NCBI GenBank assembly: GCA_012026655.1
Contig: JAAILG010000916.1
Span: 1-64,000 of the forward strand
Reading direction: 5' to 3'
Source: Hydrolagus affinis
Taxonomy: Eukaryota
DNA length: 64,000 nucleotides
A program made the translations under genes and the position numbers. Of the stretch, positions 37,040 through 47,990 are shown one piece after another. The notes below the pieces were generated by a model. That model saw only the letters and a program-made list of their open reading frames with translations. It was not told where the DNA came from and did not search any database. The stretch's first letter is position 1; every line of letters starts with the position of its first letter.

Positions 37040-37127
37040 CAGTATAATTAGTGAGAACATTGACAATGAAGGGGTGAAGGTTGAAGAGAGAGATACGGAG
37101 GAAAAAGAAAAGAATGAATTAGAAGAG
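37040..37127 (+). CDS. KIF21A: KIF21A exon 12 (SIISENIDNEGVK...NELEE); TAGCAG tandem acceptor
   Basis: Phase 2 to 0, open frame, gtaagt donor; alternative start at 37043. Confidence 0.85.
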
Positions 37128-37209
37128 GTAAGTCCATTCATAAACCACTACATGGCTTGATCTTGATAGTGAAGTATAAATATAAATATCTGAAATGTCA
37201 CTTTTAAAG

Positions 37210-37324
37210 GAGGAAGGTCAAGAATGCAGTGACCATGAAGAAGGTGATGAAGACGATGCTGAGGATGAGGATATAGAAATAAGTGACAGTTCGGATGAAT
37301 CTGACTCTGAACTTGATGAAAAAG
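37210..37324 (+). CDS. KIF21A: KIF21A exon 13 (acidic, ...SDSSDESDSELDEK)
   Basis: Matches the KIF21 SSDESDSE..EK motif; preceded by an 82-nt intron. Confidence 0.9.
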
Positions 37325-37820
37325 GTAAAAATCTATAAAATCCTAGACATGAGAAAATAACACGGAGGACTTTACACATTTAAATGTTATCACTGCGTTT
37401 GGTTTGTATTTCAACAGTTGGACAGTTCTCTGCAGGAAAATGGTTAAATATTTCAATAAAATTTTAAAACACTTAACGATGTTCTGACGAAGGGTCGTAG
37501 ATTGTAAAACATTTCCTTTCTCCGTAGATGCTGCCTGACCTGTTGAGTGTTCCCAGTGACTTCTGCTTTTCTAAATGTATTCAATGTTGTGTTGTCTGTG
37601 ACTAGAAAAGGTGGATTCAAGACTTTCTTTTAATATATCAAATAAATATATATACAGAGTGACCAAAACGTGTTACCGTTACAATATCTAATAAGTAATT
37701 CTATATGTAAATATATAAATATGTATTTTTATATTTTTTTAATTAAAATTATGGTCATCCTGTGTCTAAATAAGTGAAGATTTGCTTTACATTAATCCAA
37801 TGAGATTGAAGTGAGCTTGA

Positions 37821-38153
<333 letters not shown>

Positions 38154-38341
38154 TAAATTGTGTTGCAGTCTTATTTCAGTATGATGCAGCCTTTGCCTTG
38201 CTTTCGAGTAGGTAAATATTTCAACCTTCTAAGCTTTCATGCCAAATTCTGTCTCTTTATTTTATTGATGGATACATAGCTGGTTATGGGAGAAGATTTG
38301 TTGTTCACCTTCGCATAATTCTGAATCCTTTTTTTCTCCAG

Positions 38342-38541
38342 GGTCAATGGAGTCATGTTCTGAAGAAAAAGCAAACAAAATCAAATCAGAATATGAAAAG
38401 AAGCTTCAAGTAATGAACAAAGAACTACAGAAGTTACATACTGCTCAAAAGGAACATGCTCGATTGCTAAAAAATCAAATGCAGTTTGAAAAACAGTTGA
38501 GAAAACTGCAACAGGAAGTAGGAGAAATGAAGAAGACAAAG
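38342..38541 (+). CDS. KIF21A: KIF21A exon 15 ([14 protein letters not shown]...EMKKTK)
   Basis: ctccag acceptor, gtacgg donor. Confidence 0.93.
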
Positions 38542-39881
38542 GTACGGATGCCTTGAGAAGTCAGTGGCAATCACCAAATAAGTTGGGAACTGATTTAGCC
38601 AGTGAGAGTGATGTTAGCAAAATAATTTGAGGGTAAAGCTATCAGAGTACATTTCCTGTCTGGTCGATGCAGTGGTTCCATGGTGAAGATTATCTTCCAA
38701 ATCCCAGTGTCAAGGAAAATATAGTCAGATGAAATGAGACAAATGAGATCACTTAGTTCATCTTGCTTTCTCCTTTCATTCATTTTTTTTTTACTAATGA
38801 TTACCTTGGACTTTGATGGGATTCCCATGATGAGCAGAGCTGGCAGTATAGCTGCGGAGTGAGTGAGAAAGTATTAATGGGTACAGTAAGTTGCTTCAAT
38901 GCTACTTACAACTGTTAAATATTGACTTTCAATGATGTTACTGGCCCATATCTTATTGCAGTTAAAACGGACCTTATACGTTATGTGTGTGTAACCATTA
39001 AGATCCGTTCTGTTACGCTAAAACCTCTTAGTGCAGTAGTTCATAAGCAGAACTAGAAAGGGTACATGGGCAAGGATCTAGTGGTTCAAATTCATACATC
39101 ATTAAAATCTAATTCTCATGTGTAGTCAGGGGTCAATAAGACACATTAGAAACTTGACATTTATCCAGTCTGGATTATAAATGTAGGGAGGTAGTTTTCC
39201 AGTGATATTGAGTGGTGATTATTATGAGTAGTTTTTGGCCCCCAATCATTGGGAGGATAAACCAGGACTGGACTTTGTGATTAAAGAGGTGCCAAGTTTT
39301 AATAGACTGGTGAAACAGGCTCGATGGGCTAAACGGTCTGTTCATTTTCCTGTCTGTTACACTCTGTTTACTGTCCCAGCGTGTCTACTTTCTATCCTAA
39401 CTGCTTCTCCTCCCACCCACGCACACTGAAATGTGGTGTTCTTCGTGGCTGTCATGTGTGTCATCAACAGATGTGGATTTAAGTTACAAATATATATATA
39501 TATATATATATATACAGACAGCACCTAACCTCTGACTCCACCCTCGATTCAAGAACCACAGCTGTTCTGACTGATCTCCTGTCAAACATCAAGTCTTGGA
39601 TGAGCTCTAACTTTCATCAATTCAGCACTGACAATAATAATTGGAAATCCATCCCCGGGTCCTCTTAACTCTCTCTATATCTCTAGTCTTGTTCACGGTC
39701 GAGCGCAAGACCTAACTCTTAAACCATGCTTTCAGTAAACTTTTCCGTCCCCACCACACTAATCTCCCACCCCAGTTTGGTTGCCCAGCCAGTACTGTTA
39801 CACACTTTGGGACGTCCTCCCGACATGAAAGCCACTAGATAATGTTAACTATTATGTTGTACACTATTGATTTTCTTTTAG

Positions 39882-39989
39882 GTCCGTTTAATGAAACAAA
39901 TGAAGGAAGAACAAGAACGAGCTCGCATGACAGAATCTAGGAGAACCCGAGAAATTTCCCAGTTAAAGAAAGACCAGCGCAAGCAGGAT
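39882..39989 (+). CDS. KIF21A: KIF21A exon 16 ([13 protein letters not shown]...KKDQRKQD)
   Basis: Kinesin-4 stalk motif; AG/GT ends. Confidence 0.93.
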
Positions 39990-40619
39990 GTAAGTATTCC
40001 TGTGTCATTTGGAAATATCCCTGGACAGGTTTACTGGTTGTAAGATATTTCTGATGCAAATTAGTTTCCACTTAACCGTAGGAACCGAACACGTTAGAAT
40101 TCTGGAATTTGTTCGTGAATATGACTTGCAGCCACTAAGCTTAAAGAATTCTCCCAGGTGAACATAGGGTGTGATATAGTTTCTATGATTTCAGATGATG
40201 AACAGATGTTGCAAGTGTCTTCGTTTATTTTCTGCCCTGAATATTTGCCAGTTTGAATTATTCCAGGGAATTTTAAGAGTTTACAGGGTTTCCCTATCAG
40301 ACATTTGTCTTGCTGGGTCTATTGTGTAAACCTGCAGTTTGGTGCCTTTGAATATTGGTGCCTTATTATAATCAGCACAACTATATTGCTGAATAGGTTC
40401 TTTCTGAAAATAGCCAGATCATTGCCAGATCAACTGTTAGTGGTTGGACTTAAGAATAGGGAACAATATTACTGCTGATTCAGTTCTTTGATTAATTAAG
40501 ATCTAGCAATGTCAAATTAATTGCTATAATCCCAGTAAAAAATCTAGATTGTTTGGAGAAAAGTACAAAATCCTTAATGTCTCGGCATAAGTGATTTGTT
40601 AACCTGTGGATTCAAATTA

Positions 40620-40937
40620 CAGTAAAAGCCTGTTGATCTGGCACCCTCCGGGGGGTCGACTAATTGACTGTGTCGGATAATAAATCCAACACGAAAAAAA
40701 TTACTTATTTTAAAACATACCATATTAATAATACACTAAATAGTAACAGAATATTGTATGGATACTTACCAATAAAGATTCCAGCACACTCGGTGAAATG
40801 ATCGGTAAAATCCCAGAGTTTGTAAGTTTAATAAATGCGCAAAGTGAGCATACTCGCGATTGCTGGAATGGGGAATTGCCCTGGGAGGGGGTCGAGCAAT
40901 CCGGTTGATTGGGTCACGGATAAACAGGCTTTTACTG
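40620..40937. mobile_element. Tigger/pogo-like MITE
   Basis: TIRs cagtaaaagcctgtt and aacaggcttttactg; left TA present, right flank CA. Confidence 0.75.
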
Positions 40938-41191
40938 CATTTGTATATGCATTTTCCAAGTTCCCACATTAAAATCGGACTTGGATCTGCCATTCTTAAA
41001 ATGCTTATTAGCTGGTTAATGGTATTTACTATAATACAGCAACATTCACATAAGTAGAGTATTTGACATAGGTTTTTTTTTAAATAGTTTTATATTAATT
41101 GAAATGACTAAATATTTTATTTTTTATACATAAAATGAAAAGGGTGAAAGAAATAAGAATCTGTGTCCTGATTGACTTTGTTTTGGTACAG

Positions 41192-41260
41192 AATCAGATG
41201 AGAATTCTGGAAGCTAAGAAACGACAACAGGAGATTATTCTTCGTCGAAAAACCGAAGAG
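41192..41260 (+). CDS. KIF21A: KIF21A exon 17 (NQMRILEAKKRQQEIILRRKTEE)
   Basis: LRRKTEE motif; AG/GT ends. Confidence 0.93.
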
Positions 41261-42108
41261 GTGAGACTAGTGAGATTACTGTACAATCAAGTGTATCAGT
41301 TGCATAAATGTGAGAGTGAAAAATATACTTTGGATTCACATAGTACAGGTTTACTGGTTCAAGAAGATAACATAGATATTCTTCATTTTCTTCGACACTG
41401 ACGCTGTTTTTCATAATATAAACTCAGATTTATTGTAAACTAGGTTATGACCTGGGCCAATCGAAAATTGCCAGTATGTCCACGGATTCTTTTAAAACAA
41501 TCAACCTCTGCAAATGGCATCCATGAAAACCTGTTAAAAATATATAGATATATATCTATATAGTATATCTTTGCTCATTGCCTGGGTCTCTGTGTGCTGC
41601 TGCCAGCTGTTTGCTTGCTGCCTGCTGTACTGCTACTGCAGAGCAGCTCTGGATATACCCCACTGGGGTTGGGGGGTGTGGGTCTCCCTGTGTGAATGGG
41701 TGGGTGTGTGGGTGGGTATGTCTCTAAGTGGATCTCCCTGGATGGGTGGTTCATGTTTAGTTTCTATCAATGAAGTGAAAAAATGTAGTTTAGCAGCGAA
41801 AAGTGCCTCTCAATAGCATCAATCTGTAAATTTCCATAAAAGTTGTCAACTTTCCATGTGCTTTTTGGTAAACCTGTCTTCAATTCTCTATTGGCTGTGG
41901 TTATGACTACATCCATTGATAGGACTTTAGAGATTGAACAAGAGAGAAGATTTGATGCCAGCTGGATGTTGAAAAGTGAAAAGAATGTCCTAATGTTCTG
42001 CGTGGCCACTTTGTTTTAGTTAAAGGGTCAACACGCTGGCACAAACCAATGTTTTTATTAATATTTGGATTTTATGTGTCTTATTAGTGAAACATGTTTT
42101 TTTTCTAG

Positions 42109-42311
42109 GTTACAGCGCTTCGTAGACAAGCTAGGCCTATGTCAGATAAAGTAGCTGGTCGAGTGAATCGCAAGCTTAGTTTACCAGACCCTGTCCCCGA
42201 GCCACCAACCTACACAAGTATATATGATCAGGACCGATCAGCTGCCAACTTTTATAAAGGGAGGCTTCCTAGGATCCAGGCATCAGCAGCAGACCGGTCT
42301 AATGGAATGAG
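42109..42311 (+). CDS. KIF21A: KIF21A exon 18 (VTALRRQARPMSDKVAG...)
   Basis: Phase 0 to 2; AG/GT ends. Confidence 0.9.
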
Positions 42312-42379
42312 GTACAGTTTTGGATCTTAACAGATCGACTTAACATGGCCAAGCTAGAAGTCACCCTCCGTTCTCGCCA

Positions 42380-42770
42380 ACATCTCCACACCTCTCGCTC
42401 TGACCTCGTAAGCTTTCCGAACCTTTCTCAAACCAGCCAACCTCGATGTTCAGTTCAATCTCAAGCTGTTGCTCCTGCAGAATATTCAGTCTCTGGCCAA
42501 CACTGCTTTCCTTCACCTCTGCTGCATTGCCAGCCTCCAATCCTGCCTCACACTACATGCTGCCCGAAGTCTCATCCTTTGCACAGATTCACTTCTCACT
42601 GCTTCACACAGTTTCACCATCCTGAAAATTCCACCACTTGTATTCTTCTCTGTACCAAATTCTACTCGCTGATCACTTCAATTGTCACCAGACTCCGCTG
42701 ACTCCAAATGGATTGACTTAAATGTCTTCACCCTCGCATATAAATCCCTTCACACCCTTGTACTTTCCTC
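42380..42770 (+). mobile_element. Degenerate L2 fragment
   Basis: C-rich sequence resembling the L2 ORF2 3' part elsewhere in the window. Confidence 0.5.
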
Positions 42771-42863
42771 CGAGTAATAAAATAGAAAATCTGCAATTCA
42801 CTTATTTTGAAGGCAAACCACCTTTGATTGGGCTAACTATTCTACTGCTAACTTAATTTGCAG

Positions 42864-43011
42864 AAAGAAGCAGCAGAGGAGGGTAATAAGTGTATACACT
42901 TCAAAGGCAGCTAGAATGAAATGGCAATCACTTGATCGTAGAATTACTGAAATCATAATGCAGAGAGTGACAATTGCCAACATGGAGACCGATATGAACA
43001 GACTTCTCAAG
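42864..43011 (+). CDS. KIF21A: KIF21A exon 19 ([12 protein letters not shown]...[11 protein letters not shown])
   Basis: Start of the autoinhibitory coiled coil; AG/GT ends. Confidence 0.93.
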
Positions 43012-44300
43012 GTATGTTCTTTAATATGTGTTTTTTTTTGCTTTACCAACTCCCAATGAAGCAGTCTATCAATGAAAGTCTGTAATTTAAAAACTAGTAA
43101 ATACTAGTTTTGTAGAGTTAGTTCGTTTAATATTTCCAATGCAGATAGATACAGTTATGTATCACTGTTTTTAGATGTTGACATTTACATTGTAGTGAAA
43201 GCACAGAATACCAACGTGGATAGTGGGATACCTAAAGAGGAACAAATGCTATTCAGAATATTTAAAACTTTAATTTGAAGGAAAACATTTTTTTATTGAA
43301 GTGAAAATTTGGGCTTCATTGAGGAAACTGTTTCAACTTTCCACTCCTTCCCAGATGGTTCTAGGACCAGCGCTGTTGCTGTCAGTAGGAGCCAGTACTT
43401 TAGACATGCCTGGTGATGGAAAATTGTTATTTTCATTGTGCATTGTTATTTATATGGCTGATCATTTAATTTTTTTTAGCTCATTATCTGCAATTAGTCC
43501 TGAAGTGGAATTCAGTGTATTAAAATATTGACTTCCTCATATTTTTTCTGCTCCTTTCCTGGGAGTGCAGATATACTGAAGTGTAGTTTCTTGGAACTTG
43601 ACTCACTCAAGTGTCTGTTGTTCATATGAAAGTCTGGAAGGTGAATTTTGGCAGACATTTCATCTGCGGTGGACATTAAAGTCAAGAATGATCTTTTACT
43701 CCCACTCATGAGTATGCATGAACATATATTCCGGTAACACAGTATGTTGCCATGACAGCAAATGCAGTTACCAATAATAGCAGCAATAATGGTATTTATT
43801 GTTCCTGTCCATGTACAGTTTACGTATTCATAACCAAATGTCTTCATTTGCCATTCACTGTCAAAATGCAGTGAACCAAAAGATCTTTGTGAATTGCTTG
43901 TGACTTTTATTTACATTTGCAGCTATTCAAAATAGATGTGAATAGTTCTAGTATTCTGGTGTCCTTGCACTGCCTAAGTCATTATATTGAGGTTTGCGCT
44001 ACGTTAATGCCCAAAAAAACTTTACAACGGCCAATTTAACTATGACTCAGCTGACTTACTGAAATGGGCTTTTTGTACTGATATTATGTTAATAGAGCTA
44101 ATTTGTTTGCAGAAATGTTTCTGAAGATTTTGTTTGCGCTTGTAGCTTTTTGCCATTAAGTTTTTACATTTAATTTAGCTAATTTTCAGTGGGAATAATA
44201 TATTCATTTTATATAAAAGAGTTGTGTAAAAGAGTTGATTTCTTCATTCCCCCCCACCACCGTAGATTGTTGCACTTATTTAACTGTGTTTACATTATAG

Positions 44301-44495
44301 CAACGTGAAGAACTGACAAAAAGACTAGATAAAGTGACCAGAAGAAGAGAGAAATTTCTCCAAGAGTGTACAGATGGTGCTAAAGCAATCCAAAACATTA
44401 ATGAGGAGATTGAGTCACTGAGTGCAAATATTGATTACGTAAATGATAGCATTGCAGACTGCCAGGCTAATATCATGCAGATGGAAGAAGCAAAA
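44301..44495 (+). CDS. KIF21A: KIF21A exon 20 (QREELTKR...[18 protein letters not shown])
   Basis: Autoinhibitory region; tatag acceptor, gtaagt donor. Confidence 0.95.
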
Positions 44496-44991
44496 GTAAG
44501 TTGATCTTATAAATTAAGTTTCATCAGCACTTCTGATTGTTTTTTTTTTGCCGAAAATGATCTTTCTAACACTTATTTTCAATAGTTTTGCTACATAATC
44601 ATACAATTTGAGTTGTAACCTTCCTGATTCCTATATGCATATCTTCATATCTTCCTGGGGGGGAGGTGGGGGTGGTGAGGAGGAGTAAGCAGAGTGTCCT
44701 TGGAGTTGAACTGGTAATATCGTTGGCAATGGAATGTTGGAATTGAGTCAATCCTCTGCCATAATCCCAAGTCCAGTTCCTGAACTAACTGAGAATTCAG
44801 CCGCTTTTGATTCCAGATATTTCCAAGTTGATGTCAAGTGTGTCTGTGTGCCTCCTGCGTGCGTGTGTGTATTCTCTCTGTGGTTAGTTAAGCTAGGTGA
44901 TGTGTATGGAATTCTGTTGATGGATTTCCACATGTATCCAGGAACCTGGATGCTGAAAAAAAAAAGCTTTTCTCTATTGTCCCCTATTATA

Positions 44992-45318
44992 GTGGAGCTC
45001 CTGTGGCTTAGTGGTTAGAGCACTTGTCTTGCAAGCTGGGGAGACCTGTGTTCGAATCCAGGCAGGTCAGGGTGAAACCTTGGGCAAGTTTCCCTACTCC
45101 ACACGCCTAATAATAATCCCTCCACAAAAAACCACAATAATAAAATTGGTCACTTCAATCCATGACTGGATTTTTTGTGGGGACGCTGCTGTGCGCAATT
45201 GGCTGCCGCGATTCGCCCACAAATATACAGTCAATTCACTTTACAGTATATACTGTGAAGCTTTTTGAGACATCGATAAGGTGTGAAAAACGCCATATCA
45301 AATGCAAGGATTATTATT
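44992..45318 (+). mobile_element. Full-length SINE, short variant
   Basis: A-box-like tggcttagtgg, B-box-like gttcgaatcc, body, L2-type tail with (att)n. Confidence 0.88.
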
Positions 45319-45705
45319 TATAGTGCCTGTGAAAGACATAGTTACCACGGAAGACTGATTGTGTTTTTCCTTTGCCTTAAGAATCATCCAAATAATGCTC
45401 ATGATTTTGCCAAATTAGTTACATGATTGTATAAACAAACACAGTATTTAATGGCTACATACAGTAGCTACTGAAATATTTACACAAATGTTTCACATAT
45501 GAAATTACCCCCCGTTCCTCACATCTCAAAAAAGAGCAAGAGAAAATAACTATAATTGTTTTAACTTACTCTGATCTCTTTCGCACAAAAAATATAAGGT
45601 CAAACACCTTTACCATTATATTCCGTGAATGCTTTGAGATGTCTCAATGATAAGATAAGGTGAGATATCGAATGCAAGGATCGTTATTATTGTCTTCACT
45701 TGCAG

Positions 45706-45807
45706 GAGGAGGGGGGCACGGTGGATGTCTCAGCAGTGATTACTTCCTGCTCTCTGACAGAAGCTCGTTACTTGCTGGATCATTTCCTCTTAATGGCTAT
45801 TAATAAG
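45706..45807 (+). CDS. KIF21A: KIF21A exon 21 ([34 protein letters not shown])
   Basis: EARYLLDHF motif; AG/GT ends. Confidence 0.93.
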
Positions 45808-46194
45808 GTAAAGTGAGCCTAACTGGCAAATTCTTGAATATTCTTTGTTTTTTGCATCTCCCACTCCTTGTTCTTGTATTTTTATATTTTCATTCAGTTT
45901 TGCAGTACTGCTCCATTGTGGACAGGGAAACTACGAGTTATTGATCATCACACAAAAGTATATACAGCTGGTTTGCTTTCATCAATTCTGTGAAACATTT
46001 TATTTTGTTAAACACAGAAAAGTTTTAAATCCCTCCGATGCAAACTTATCTCTCAATTTGGCTACAGACTCCTGGAACCAGAAGAGCTATGAGAAAGCGA
46101 TCAGTTTAGAATCAAATGTGGAATGGTTTAAGGAGTAATGTTGATGTCATGCCAGTGCCATACACTGTTTAAGAACATGCGGGTCTTATTTTAG

Positions 46195-46360
46195 GGACTA
46201 CAAACTGCTCAGAAGGAGTCTCAGATTAAGATGCTAGAAGGTCGTCTGAAGCAAATTGAAATAAACAGTGCCACTCAAAACCAGCTGCTGTTTCACATGC
46301 TGAAAGAGAAGGCGGAATTCAATCCAGAGCTGGAAGCTTTACTTGGAAATGCTTTGCAAG
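46195..46360 (+). CDS. KIF21A: KIF21A exon 22 ([12 protein letters not shown]...[11 protein letters not shown])
   Basis: Conserved sequence; phase 0 to 1. Confidence 0.93.
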
Positions 46361-47162
46361 GTAACTTTGTGACCTATGTTTTCATACCTGGGTTGCATGT
46401 TTTGTTTCAGTGCCTGCTATAATGACACAGAATTGGAGTACAATTAATTAGAGTTGATGTTTACATGAATATATGCTTTTTGAATGAATTTGTTGAATAT
46501 TTGTGGTTATTTCAATATATGAATCAATTTTCTGGAAACTACTACACTTTAAATCTCTATATAAGCGAGCAGAAAGTAAGTGGTTAGCTTCGTAACCTAA
46601 CTCTTAATATGCTGTGCGTTGGAATTCCTAAAATGCTTTGATATTTATACCAGAACTTACAAAATAACTTTCTCTGAGTTTCTTCAAAGTATGTATGTAG
46701 CTGTTTAGAGCATCCACAAGCTATACTTTGGAGAAATTTACTGCTGGTAAGCCTCACACTGAATTATTAAATTCAACCACTTTTGAAAGAATATCAATGA
46801 TGACGTATCTACCCACGGTAGGCAGAAGGGAAGTCATCCTACTGTTTATATACTGCTTGTGAGCTAATTACAGAGCAGGATTTGCATAGTTTTGCAATCA
46901 TCTTAAAGTAGATACTTTAATATGTGTATCTGACATGCACATGCTTTATATCAGTGTCATAAATACTAATTTGTGATTTCAGTAACTTTGTAATTTTCAT
47001 CTAACTTAACACCAGACTCAAAAGATTTTAGGACAATATGATTTTGTAAAATTAAATCACAGGGCCAATTCAGGACTATACAGTACTATACATTTAAAAA
47101 AAAAAAAATGAATGAGCTGGTTGTTGAATGCCCATAACTTGGGTGTAAGTGCTTAATTTACA

Positions 47163-47225
47163 TATGTGTATATATATATATATATATAGATATATATGTA
47201 TATATATATCTATATATGTATATAC
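47163..47225. repeat. (TA)n microsatellite (imperfect)
   Basis: Seen directly; others at 39490-39513 and 58697-58732 ((TC)n(TA)n). Confidence 0.9.
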
Positions 47226-47469
47226 TTTTATAAGATATTGTCGTTTAACAAGATGATATTGACTGACATCCATCCATATTATGCATAGCATTAACTTAAT
47301 ACATGAGCATTCTTATTATGCTACAAGTTATGGTATGTTTTCTTCAGTATTTAGTGTCCTCTCAAGAAAAATGGGTATGCTGCAAACCATCCATCTATAA
47401 ATACTATAACTGCAGTCAATTCAAATATTTATGGCAACTTCGCCAAATACAAAATATTGTAGCAACACC

Positions 47470-47990
47470 CCACATCTGTACCATGATCCACTCCTCCTTC
47501 CCCTATCTCCACAACAACTCCCGGCTCTGCCACTACCTCACCCTTCATTCTGCCAATTCCCTCATTGGCTCGACTACACCAATGCCCTGCTTATTGGCCT
47601 TCACAACTCCTTCCTCCCCAAGCTGCAGATCATCCAGAATTCAGGCTCCCGCACCAGGCTCTGTAACCTCATCAACCCCACCCTCGCCCAACTTCACGAC
47701 TCCCTATCCACCAGAGATAGAATCCAAAATCCTCGTCCTCGTGTGCAAGGCACTCCACAACCTAGCCCCTCCCTATCTCTGCAACCTGCTTACCCTATAT
47801 CAACCTTTCTACTCAGCAGGCTCCAACCTGCTCCATGTTCCCTACCCAGCCCGTCTCACCATTGGCGGTCGGGCTTTGAGTCTCTTCTCCCCCCACTCCC
47901 CACTTGGGTCCAAATCCCTGACTGTCCAGGACCTCAGCACCTTGGAACAACCTCCCAACATGAAAGGCACTATACAAATGTAATTTGGTA
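47470..47990 (+). mobile_element. L2 LINE 3' fragment
   Basis: LDYTNALLIGL..KLQIIQN, KILVLVCKALHNLAPPYL, TIGGRA; L2 tail at 47920-47990. Confidence 0.85.

Noticed and set aside
44992-45065. tRNA gene-like heads (also 23905, 35736, 59802)
   Set aside because: They continue into SINE bodies and lack an intact cloverleaf; they are SINE heads, not tRNA genes.
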